Below are positions 1-10,234 of a stretch of DNA of 64,000 nucleotides, in pieces. Origin of the DNA: Laetmonice hystrix (lineage: Eukaryota); contig OZ249436.1 in assembly GCA_965235115.1 (NCBI GenBank), forward strand, positions 26,600,001 through 26,664,000, in the 5' to 3' direction. Made by a program: the position numbers and the translations under genes. The notes under the pieces are model-generated. The model saw only the letters and a list, made by a program, of their open reading frames with translations. It ran no database searches and was not told where the DNA came from. Positions within the stretch are counted from its first letter, which is position 1. Each line of letters opens with the position of its first letter.

Positions 1-1
1 G

Positions 2-1102
2 AAACTTGGCCGTATTTGCCGTCCGCATTACTTGATCCTCCATAGTGGGCCACACTGAGTTAGGTTTAAGGAAAACACGGTCTCCAAGTCTCTTGATACG
101 TAAGGGGTCATTTTCAAGCATGATTTTCCGTCCAATCGCCTCGTTACCAGTGATTTGGCATTTTTTCCATTGGAAATATTGTTCACTTGAGTTGTAGGTT
201 TCCCCATCGATGATAATTTCACAGTTATAGAAGTTTGATAGGGGAGAGTGAGCACTGTGGAAACCTACTGCAGTACTCGAAACCTGAGGGGTCATGGCCG
301 CTGATAGTGAGAGTTGGGGGGGGGGTAGAAGATCAAGATCATCGAATTTATATTTGGATTGGTTCAATACCAACATGTCCCCTTTGACCACAGCAGTTTC
401 CTTCAAGTGTCTTGCATATGAGGCTATAGCACGCATATCGGCCCGTTGTTTCCTTATTTCAGGGGGTAGGTCCTCATTGATGTAGATTTGAGAGCGTGAT
501 TCACGCAGCTTTTTGATGTTTCGCAGTACAAGATCACGAGTCCCGACTCCAAAGAAACGCACCAGTATTGGTCTCGGTTTATTGTTGAATGATAGACCAA
601 ATCTATGAGTCTTATCAATGTCCGAAGACTTTATGTCCAGACCTAATTCATTGTTTAGGAGTTGAAGCACTGGGTCCAATACAGTGGATTCCCCAGTTGT
701 CTCAGGCATCCCTTCTATGACTATGTTATTTTTACGGGAGTAAGTTTCTAGCTGAAGGATATGTTGTTTAGCACAGGTTAGTTCACGTTGAGCTGTTGCA
801 TTTTTCGCCCGCTCTGACTTGAGCTTCTTTTGCAGTTGGGTTACAGTGGCCGCAGTAGCCGTACATGCTTTAGTGGTAGTCTTTACTTCATCCTCGATAA
901 TCTTTATGCTCAATCTAATATCTTCATTTTCCTTAGTGAGTTTATTCTCTAAAGATTTCAGCATGTCAGGGAGTGAGCAGAGCCGTTTTATATCAGCTGA
1001 CAACAGTTCTAACTTTCCTGAGAGGTGCTCAAACATTCGAGTTGGTTCTACCGTGCACTGTATGTGTGCACTCACCTGTGACTCTGTGTTGGTTTCGGTC
1101 AT
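2..1102 (-). CDS. LINE ORF1p-like protein (coiled coil + RRM + CTD) fused to a C-terminal NADAR/YbiA-like domain; 3' end runs off the window
   Basis: Manual translation shows no stop from 1270 to 2 (ATG at 1102, 367 codons in window). Coiled coil (KSLENKLTKENEDIRLSIK...QLQKKLKSERAK). L1-ORF1-type RRM/CTD motifs LETYSRKNNIVIEGMPE, DIDKTHRFG, KPRPILVRF, IYINEDLPPEIRKQR, VKGDMLVLNQSKY. Then NADAR motifs GFHSAHSPLSNFYNCEIIIDGETYNSSEQYFQWKK...IKRLGDRV...W...VMRTANTAKF. Confidence 0.85.
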   Translation of the reverse strand, partial: MTETNTESQVSAHIQCTVEPTRMFEHLSGKLELLSADIKRLCSLPDMLKSLENKLTKENEDIRLSIKIIEDEVKTTTKACTATAATVTQLQKKLKSERAKNATAQRELTCAKQHILQLETYSRKNNIVIEGMPETTGESTVLDPVLQLLNNELGLDIKSSDIDKTHRFGLSFNNKPRPILVRFFGVGTRDLVLRNIKKLRESRSQIYINEDLPPEIRKQRADMRAIASYARHLKETAVVKGDMLVLNQSKYKFDDLDLLPPPQLSLSAAMTPQVSSTAVGFHSAHSPLSNFYNCEIIIDGETYNSSEQYFQWKKCQITGNEAIGRKIMLENDPLRIKRLGDRVFLKPNSVWPTMEDQVMRTANTAKF

Positions 1103-1314
1103 ACTGTCTGAGTCTTGATCCAGGTGAGGGTCCCGGGTGTCTGAGGTGTTTCGTAATTTCCTCGGTTTTTTCCTTGTTTCCCACTCATTTTTGGAGATCC
1201 GTGTGCACTGGAGATTTATACTGTTGTATGAAAAATCATGTTGGTCGGAGTTAACTATATCCTTCACATTTCAGTGAGTTTTCACCTCTGCCCTGCCACT
1301 GCCACCTAGCCAAC

Positions 1315-1326
1315 GGCAGCCATCTT
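1315..1326 (-). promoter_or_regulatory. YY1-like motif, probable 5' end/internal promoter of the ORF1-NADAR element
   Basis: The minus strand reads AAGATGGCTGCC about 220 nt upstream of the ORF1-like ATG; AAGATGGC motifs are typical of LINE 5' termini. Confidence 0.45.
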
Positions 1327-2300
1327 GTATTCGAAGAACTTACTTTCGCTGGCAGAGAGCCTTAAAATAATGTGCTGCCTCAAACATATTCGACCTGCGA
1401 AATGGTCTCGGATATTTGATCTTAAATAAGGCTGGAATTACTGGTGTGCTACATTGGTCGGAACTGTATACAACAAGTTAGCAATATTAACGTTTAACAT
1501 GATTCGATTACAATGCATGCAGTTATTGTGCTCTGTCTTTTCGTGATCACGACCGTCTTGCTTTGTTCCAATTAACGAGGAATTTTTAAAACTATTCCTT
1601 GAAACAGTCAAGTTAATTCTACAGCCAAGCGCATACCCCCGCCGGATGACGGAAAGATAAGTGAAAACCAAATGGCCAGATTAACAGACACTATTGATCC
1701 GATTATAGTTTAGCTCAACCCGGAGTCGGTTCTCCGCTTCGCTGCTGACTATACACAGAAAATCTCAGCGGGCACAAACTACTCAAATATTCGTCAATCT
1801 GAGTAGTTTTGTCTACTCAATCCAAGCACCTCAAAAGGAGTAGTTTTGGGTACTCAAATCTTCCTGTCTGACGGAGGTAAACTCGTCAATTCGTCAAAAA
1901 TTCGTCAGAAACTCGTCATCATTTGTAAATAGGTGTTATAATTTCTTTTCTTTTCTGAACCAAGAGAACGCAGTCCAGTACTGTTAAGGGGGACTTATAT
2001 ACCTGAAACAGAGGGCGTCATTTTTATGGATTACGTGTAAATACAAAGGAATTAAGCAAAATCAACTTTGAAGAAAAAAAGAAATACAAAACATGTCTAT
2101 TTCAGATAGATTTTAATGTAACCCTATTACAAAGGTCACATCCATTCAGTATCCAGTATGCTCAAATTAATTATCGTTCAAATATTTGTCTATTGACTAA
2201 TCTAGATTCGTCAATTTAACGAATGCTATTCGTCATATTGACAATATTTTGTATTATTACAAAACTTTGATGTTTTACAAGTATGTATGAAAATACCAAC

Positions 2301-2509
2301 AAAAAATCGTTGTAATTTTACCAGAAAAAGTTTGGCAGCAGAGTTTCCAAACATTTTCTTGTATAATTACAAAATTTGCTATTTTCACATGATATGTAAA
2401 ACAACAAAGTATTGTAACAATACAAAAAATTGTAATTTTACCAGAAAATGTTTGGAAACTCTGCTGCCAAACTTTTTCTGGTAAAATTACAAAGATTTTC
2501 TTTACAGTG
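2301..2509. mobile_element. Palindromic end fragment of a CACTG-terminal MITE
   Basis: tgtaattttaccagaaaaagtttggcagcagagtttccaaacatttt (from about 2310) is inverted at about 2445-2491; the right end reads CACTGTAAAG on the minus strand. Confidence 0.55.
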
Positions 2510-4055
2510 TACCCCAAATGAAGTAATAGCTTTAACTAGCCCGACTGATTGCTGAAGCAATACAGGGATCCCTTCCCCTGACGAGGAACGATGAAGCATA
2601 ATGACTTTATTAACCCTTTAGACATCATAGTAATCATAGGGCCTAGTTATTAGAATAAGACTTTCTTTATATACATACATCTCTGTGTATACATCTACCA
2701 TAACAAGTCATGGCCACAAGAAAATATCCATGACATCGTTGTGACATTATAGGTCACGTGACCTAAGTATGGTGTCAAAAGAAAGAGTATACTTCTTATC
2801 ATCCTCCCCCGGGGTTGAACCGCTTTCACTTGCAGTTGATTCACCCCCCTCCCACCTGCCCGTCTATTCTTAGAAACGCGTTCCTCGCAGCGCCACCTGT
2901 TTCCCCCTTGCTGCCGTCTGCGGCCGCGCCATGAGATTGGAGCACTGCCTGTGGCGCGATTCATAAAAATTAGAGTGCATTTCTGGTTAGCCAATGGGAA
3001 CGTTCCCACGGTAAAGTTTGCGGCAACGGGTAGGCATTTAATCCTGACACTATAGTGACAGTGAGAGGAACAACTTTGAGTTGACAGGGCTGCAAGGACA
3101 CACACTATAACTAACTATATTGTTAGGAAGCGACACATTTGTTTATCAGCGACCTGGGCAAGGCTATCAGGCATTTCTGCGAGAAGTAAGCCTTCGGTCT
3201 GGACCGTTAGTGCAGCATTCGGGAATCCTCGGCCATATCTTCGAAAGTAGCCTCGGGTGAAACAGGTGCCATTTTGAGCATTGCATCTCGGGTACATTTA
3301 GCCGGGACTCTCGACAGCATGGCAGTGCTTGCAGTATTTTGTTTGCATCAGGCATGGAAGCAACTAAAATAGGCCTACAATGCTTTCCCCGAAGTCAGTG
3401 GGCAATATTACAATAGTATCATGTCATGATACAACTTATTACAACATGATTACAAGTAGTCCTACCATGTGTCGGGCCAGTGTCGTACGCGTGTCGTACA
3501 TGGGCGCGGCCATATTGCTTCCCAGAATTTAATAAATTACCGTATTGACGCCCATTTAGGTAAATTGGGTGATTCATTTTTCTTCTTCAAACGTTCCCCT
3601 TCATACCAGAAATTTATATTTGCACATACAACGCCGAAGGAGCGGGTGTCAATAATGCACTACTTCCTGGCTCGATGGGATATGACGGTTCACTCAGTGC
3701 CTCGCTACACACCTCCATTTGGCGGTGTATCTGGTTGCCAAACATGGCCGCTATTCCACCCGAGGGTATATTCGAATAGCAGGAAGTGACGTCATATGCC
3801 CGAGGGAGTCCCGAATGTTAGTGCAGGTGGAGCGCCGATGACAGGTCCTATTAATATTCATAAGGTTGACCTCAGGGTCAACTTCTGCCCAGTTAGCATG
3901 GGCTGCGCTCAAGGGGTAGAATGCAGGATGCGCGATGCCCCTTGACAACTCAAGATGACTTCTTATTAGCATTAAAATAGTAACTATAGTTCTAACATCA
4001 ACCATTCTCAAGTTATAGCCATGAGAAAATATCGATGACATCTTTAAATGATGTC

Positions 4056-4331
4056 CACTGGCGGATCCGGGATTTCACTAAAGGGGGTGGGGCACAGAAA
4101 AGCAATTCATGATTGTTTGCATTACTAATTAAAGGTCATGCTCTTGAGTTTTAGAGGTATAAGCCTAGGCTACATAATAGCTCGGGGTTTGCCTGAGATA
4201 CACCGTCAGTGTTAAAATTAATTAAAAATATAGACTATAGCCGTGTATAGATCTAGGCCTATAATTAGTGAAGCTAAAGTGTGGGGGGCACGTGCCCTCT
4301 TTGGCCTCTCCCCTAGATCCGCCTAAAGTTG
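4056..4331. mobile_element. hAT-like MITE (cactggcggatcc family)
   Basis: Ends cactggcggatcc / tagatccgccta; gatgtc repeated on both flanks (4050-4055, 4332-4337). Related ggatccgcc termini recur at about 18555, 30012, 34003 and 59660. Confidence 0.5.
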
Positions 4332-4643
4332 GATGTCATAGGTCATATGATCTAACAAAATGATGTCAAACTTAAGAGCATATGACTTCCTATTAGTGTT
4401 AAATAGTAACTAAGCCCCTAACTTCAACTATTTACATGAAGAGAGAAAATATCGATGACATTCTTATGTTGTCATAGATCACGTGACCTAAAATGGTGTC
4501 AAAAGAAATAGCACATAGATCTAGGCCTATGAGTTCCTATTAGTGCTCAATAGGAAGTATGGGTCGAACTTTAACCATTTCGAAGATTTGGCCTTAGATT
4601 ATAGATATAGATTATATGACATCATAGGTCACGTGACCTACAA

Positions 4644-4810
4644 GTGAGTGAGTGAGTGAGGGAGTGAGTGAGTGGGGGAGATGATAGGAGGAAACCCGGC
4701 GAACCCCTATACTCTTATCGATAGATGCCAAGGGATCTTCAACGTGCTGCTCCACATAAACGTATCGTGACACAGCCGGCCTTTGATAAAGCAGTCGGCA
4801 GCAGTGCTAT
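4644..4810 (-). mobile_element. 5'-truncated SINE (MetaSINE-core-like) with (TCAC)n tail
   Basis: Perfect 13-bp TSD acgtgacctacaa (4631-4643, 4811-4823); (gtga)n tail; core tactcttatcgatagatgccaagggatcttcaacgtgc...ggcctttgataaa. Confidence 0.65.
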
Positions 4811-5191
4811 ACGTGACCTACAAAATGATGGTCTCATTTGAAAGAGAACATATGGGTGCGACGGATTACCCAACAATTGTGTGTTTTTTTAAGCCATTTT
4901 GAATAAAAATCCTCAAAATCTCGAAAAGAGTTGAAGATATCAAGGTCGCATTTTCACCATTGGATTTAGCAGATTCAAGATGGCCGCCAAAATTTGCAAA
5001 TTTCTAATTTCTCCACCATTTGATAGCTTATAGGCCTACCTCCCATTCTCACACTCGAGTCCTTTCGGCAATCTTCGTTCGTTCGAGGAAAGCACTCTCA
5101 CAGATTACATAATACTCACGGCCCAAATAGGAACATACATGTGCGCCACCTCACTCGTTAGCTTACTACACCAGTGACATAAAGTAGGCGA

Positions 5192-5248
<57 letters not shown>
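5192..5248. repeat. (AAT)n microsatellite at the LINE 3' junction
   Basis: 19 perfect AAT units. Confidence 0.95.
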
Positions 5249-5249
<1 letters not shown>

Positions 5250-6049
5250 TACACTTTTAAAAACTTCCAGTGCAATGAGACGAAGTCTTTTCAAGTGTAT
5301 CGCTATGTATAAGCCTCAACGCCCTTTCCTGTATGCACTCCATTTTCTTCGTGCTTACCTGTGGCGCAGAAGAGCCATACAATGGGACAGTAATTAAAAT
5401 TGGCTAAAATGAAGGCGTTATAGATCTTCATCTTGTCCTTCACATTGAATGCGCGCTTGAACCTTCTAAAAAATATGTTGAGCTGCCTGGAGGCTTTCTT
5501 GCAAATTTGATCCATATGTCGGTCAAACGACAGTTTAGAGTCTACTATAGTGATTCCAAGCTTCACGTAATCCTCATTCTGTAGTTTATTTCCATCGATA
5601 GTGATAAACTCGGGCGTTTCTGTTACATTGTGGATGGACTTCATGTACATGACCTGGAACTTGTTCGGGTTGACTTTCATGTGGTTTACCATGAACCATC
5701 TGATGGCATTATCCGCATCAAGTTGCAGTGCTGTGGTCACCATATTGAAAGTCCCCTCACATGCGCTGAGGGTATTATCATCCGCGTAGTTAGCAAGGTC
5801 ACACTTTTCCATAAAGTAGAAAATATCGTTAATAAAGATATTAAAGATGATCGGCCCAAGACACGATCCGTGAGGGACACCCTTACTTGTCTGTGCCCAG
5901 TTACTTCTCTTGTCGCCTATCTTCACTCTCTGCATATAAGTTCTGACAAGTAATTGCCGATGAATCGGCATGCACTGCTGCTGAAGCCGTAGGCCTACAG
6001 ATGAGGAGGCTGTGTGGTACACAGTCAAAAGCCTTTGATAGATCCATAA

Positions 6050-6373
6050 TGCCCCAGTCCCATATACGCACGGATGGACACGGCAGTCCCGGAAAGTGCC
6101 GGATCCCGCCGGATCAAGATCCGGGACGATCCTTGCTCTTTTGGGGGTTTTTGAGCGGTGGCAACACGGCAGCTACACGGACGAACCCGTACAAACACGG
6201 ACAAACACGGCAGCAAGCAACAGGGCGCCCACACGGATGACCAAGGACCGTCCCGGACATTCACGGCAGAGCGACGGACTAACATGGACCAACACGGCAG
6301 AGACACGGACAGCCCCGGATAAACACGGACTTACACGGCGTGTACACGGACCATCCCGGACCTACACGTAGGG
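6050..6373. mobile_element. PIF/Harbinger-like MITE fragment inserted in the RT
   Basis: Splits RT VGTLL|MDLSKAF; taa duplicated at 6047-6049 and 6374-6376; internal acacgg repeats. A matching right TIR is not evident. Confidence 0.55.
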
Positions 6374-6556
6374 TAAGGAGGGTACCGACACATTTATTAT
6401 CGTCCAGGGCATATTTCCAGGATTCTAGCAGGCTGATGAGGGTGTGATTGCTGCCATATGACTTCCTGTATGCGCACAACATTTTGTAGAATTTCAAGCT
6501 GAAAAAGTCGACCATTTGGTCTGCGATAATACTTTCGAAAACCTTCTCTAGCACAT

Positions 6557-7011
6557 TGAAGAAAACCGCCCATTCCAAGCGTTGAATGCGCGGCTTTCGA
6601 CAGCCAGAAAGCAGAGAGAGAGATCTTGCTTGTTTGGCAGCTGGCGAAGATCTACCGAGCGTTTATTCTACAGTATATATTAAAGTATAGTGGTCGGACC
6701 GCCGGCAGCCTGCTCCTCCCCTCTCCAGATGGCGTTGCTGGGATTTAATTGGCGTTATCTGCCACACCGCCTCTGCAGAGATCGGGATAAGCCAGGCTGG
6801 CAAGAAGTACATCCGGCGTCCGGCCATGGAGTACATTTCTTACAGTTGGTACATCTAGAACCAACTCTACGCATCAGTATTAGTGGTGAATAAGTAATAA
6901 AGGTTACAATAAAGATACATAATAGATGTTATAATAAAGAGGCGTACATAATAGATGTTATAAATAATAAAGGTGTATAAGAAATATCTGAACGTTCCTC
7001 CATTTTCTACA
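6557..7011 (-). mobile_element. Solo LTR (Gypsy-like, 455 bp)
   Basis: TG...CA ends with short TIR tgtagaaaa/tgaagaaaa; 4-bp TSD acat (6553-6556, 7012-7015); AATAAA on the minus strand. Removing it restores RT RPVSILHVLEKVFE. Confidence 0.85.
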
Positions 7012-8139
7012 ACATGTAGAATACTGACAGGCCTGAAGTTATCCCTCGACATGATGTTGCCTTTTTTGAATAATGGCGATATCTCGGCAAACTTCAAATC
7101 CTTAGGGAAGACTTCCTGAGAGAAGCTGGAGTTGATAACCGCTGTTAGGCCTTCCACGAGCTCGTTGGACGCATACTTGATGAGCTTGGGGGGGGGGGGA
7201 TGAGGTCGTATCCTGTGGCCTTATTGGGGTTCACCTGCTGTAGCCTCTTTGTGATAGTCTCTGAATCGACTGGTCTGAAGTTGAAGATGGAGATGTCGTT
7301 AACATCCCGGGTGGTCTGTACACTGGGATGGCTCTCGTGCCTGTGGAGGACGGTGTCCAGCCAATCAGGGTCATCGAGAGGGATACTGTCATCTGGTCCG
7401 ATGTCGCTGACAACATTTGTATAATAGTCATTGAAGAGGCTGCACACCTCGGTTGGGTTGCTAACTATATTCCCACCTTCATTAAGGATGATGTGACCTT
7501 GATCGTATGATGTGCTTGATAAGAAAGGCTTAATACATTTCTAGAAATCGCCGGGGGTTGACTCTGGTGAGCATCTGGACACGAAGTACATCCTAATGGA
7601 ATCCCTCCGCATGGCCGTGGCTGTATTTCTTTCTATTCTGTACTTTAATATTCCAATTGTGGGTTGTTCTTTGTTTCAGGTATTTATTCCTGGCATTGTT
7701 TAGCCGGTACATCTGCTTGCGTAGGTTAGAGTTCATGTATGGCACATTGTTTGACCTTTGGACACGTTTCTTGATGGTTGCATGGTCATCGATTAGATCT
7801 CTACATAGCTTGCTCATGAACCAATACTGATCGTCGACATCATCAAAAACTTCCATAACATGAAAAGGTGCATGTGACATGTTTTTATATGAACGATACA
7901 CAATGGTTTTAGGTGTCGTGCGAGGCGAATGCATTTTGGTTATGCAACCCACCAAGTTATGCCAGTCACTCATGCCGCACCGAATATTCAATGGTGCGTG
8001 AAAACGGTTGGGGTTTATCACAACTACTGGGTCAAGTAGGGTACCAATAACACATTTGTAACACGTGGGGCGGTCTATTAAGTTTGTTAGCCCGTAGACA
8101 TTAAATAGGTCACTCAAAGGGTTAGATGCTTCCATTAAG

Positions 8140-8386
8140 TTCACATTCACAACGCCCAACATAACAATCTCTTTCGTTTTTTCATTTTCTTCGTGCTTAC
8201 CTGTGGCGCAGAAGAGCCATACAATGGGACAGTAATTAAAATTGGCTAAAATGAAGGCATTATAGATCTTCATCTTGTCCTTCACATTGAATGCGCGCTT
8301 GAACCTTCTTAATATGTTGAGCTGCCTGGAGGCTTTCTTGCAAATTTCACATTCACATCGCCCAACATAACAATCTCTTTCGTTTT
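8140..8386. repeat. Self-templated insertion: copy of 5341-5508 flanked by a 41-bp direct duplication
   Basis: 8183-8347 matches 5341-5508; ttcacattcacaWcgcccaacataacaatctctttcgtttt occurs at 8140-8180 and 8346-8386. Confidence 0.9.
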
Positions 8387-9034
8387 GGCCCCATTTAACA
8401 GGTCGTTATAGAAACGTGTCAGTGTATCAATGAACACATGATTAGGAACCTTTGGATTTTTGTAAGTGACCAACAAGTACCACTGCTCTTTCTTTATAGT
8501 CAGATTGATGACCATTGATTCAGTGTGGTAGTTGTCGACTTGGAATTCAAGATCACTGTCTCTGAAGTGCGGTATATCGGACCTGATCCAGGCGGCCAGT
8601 CCTCCAGAGTTCATCTGTCTGTCTTTCCTGTGAAGCTTGTAGCCGTCAACATCAAGGTCGTGGGTTACATATTCGTCTGACAATTTAGTCTCAGTTATGC
8701 ACAGAATGTCTATCAGGTTATTTGACAGCAGTTATCTGAAATAGTCGCGTTTTTCTCTCAGGCTATTTACATTTACATGTGCGAATATAAGGTTTCTGCC
8801 ATATTTTGATCTGCTTAGTCTTAAACTCTGTACGAGATCATCACAACATTCTGATGTGCTGTGTGTACTATCCCTAGAGAGCAGTGAATGATCGATATAA
8901 CTGTCGCTGTCATCTGATGTATTTGATGCAGTATCTAGTATGTCTTGAGAGTCATGGGTGTGTTGAGATTCCGGGGTAATTGCTAGGAGTGCGTGTTCCT
9001 CGTTGGTGTCGGCACTCTCTTCGTGGCCGGGGAC

Positions 9035-10234
9035 CTAGTCTGTGCAGAACTTGGCCTTATGTCCAGAACGATTGCAGTTATGGCACGTTATACCCTCTGG
9101 CCATGCCTACAGGCATGAGTTACATGGTTGGATTCACCGCAATACCAGCAGCTTTTCTGGTTGTGCTGTTCCTCCGAGTTTTCACGATTGTCTCTCCATT
9201 GTGGTCTGGGCCGCCTCCTGTAGACTGTCTGCCACTCTTCGGGCTGGGTGGCCTGCCTCCGCCTATCATCGCTGTGTTCGTGGGTTGGTCTCGCCTTCTT
9301 GGATGCCCTTGTCTTGCACACGCTCACCGCGGGATCCCGGACCAGTTCTAGGTTTCTTGTCAGTCGGTTAGATCCCTTGTTGGTCAGGTGCAGGCCATCC
9401 GCCTGGAGGTAGCCATCGTTAGGAGACCCATCAGCCAACTTGAATGTGGGGTCGTTGTTAATGAAAGTTGCACCTGTGTCCTTGGCGACAGTGCACAGGC
9501 CTGCATTCAATCTCTCGACATTTTCTTGAAGTTCTGTTGAGTCGGCCCTAGGTGGTATGCTCGAGATGACTATGTTGTCAGCTTCTGCAACTTTCGTCTT
9601 GGCGATGTTTATCACCTCTCTGTGCTTGGCGGTAACTTCATCTCCGTCGAAATTTGGGCTGCTACAGTCATTGGTGCCAGCACAGATGATTATGTTCTGG
9701 CAGAGTTTTGCTCTTTCTAAATGTGTGGTTTGGGCTCCGCGACTTTGATCCCACTGTGGGACATAACATTGGTGTTTTCCAGCTTCGCCTCATCAAAGTC
9801 CTTCAACAGAGAATCGCCAATTAACAAGGTGGGTTGCGACACGCCGTTCGTAGCCTTAACGATCTTGGTTAGTTTATCGTGGAGCCCCTTATTGTCGATT
9901 CTCAGAGCGTTGCATTCTTCTTTAATTTCCTAAAGGGCTTCCTTAGTAGCATCTTGGTCGGACTTCATATTTACAACCAGACGCTTCAGTTCCACCATGT
10001 TATCGCATAGCGTCTGCATGAGACTGGGAAGCTGTCAGCAGCTCAGACAGCTCCATAATCCGATGATGTCTTCTGGGTCCGCTCCTATGCAGTCATAGTG
10101 ACACCATGTTTGACACAGGTGACACTGTACCATGTCGAAATCGTGTTGTTTAGTCTTATGCTTACAGTTTTTAACACAGAAAGCCGAGCCGCCTTGTCAA
10201 AGGGGGCTGTCCCTGTGGTATTCTGCTTCACCAT
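9035..10234 (-). pseudogene. LINE ORF1: PHD finger + coiled coil + SGNH/GDSL esterase + two CCHC knuckles (stops and frameshifts)
   Basis: CVKNC...MVQCHLCQTWCHYDC...WSCLSC; LLIGDSLL; ISSIPPR...DGLHL; CWYCGESNHVTHAC and, after a frameshift, CHNCNRSGHKAKFC then a stop at 9035-9037. Confidence 0.85.

Larger units (their letters stand above)
5250..8800 (-). pseudogene. LINE ORF2: APE endonuclease + reverse transcriptase (disrupted)
   Basis: HVNVNSL, CITETKL, HRKDRQMNSGG, LGDVN; PLFKKG...NFRPVSIL, MDLSKAFDCVPH, GVPHGSCLGP, YADD, FNYCPIVW. Broken by stops, frameshifts and three insertions. Confidence 0.92.

Noticed and set aside
2..270. NADAR segment as bacterial contamination
   Set aside because: It is in frame with a eukaryotic ORF1-like module and contiguous with metazoan repeats.
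7593..8285. 230-aa ORF as a novel RT-EN fusion protein
   Set aside because: An accidental chimera created by the templated insertion in a dead LINE.
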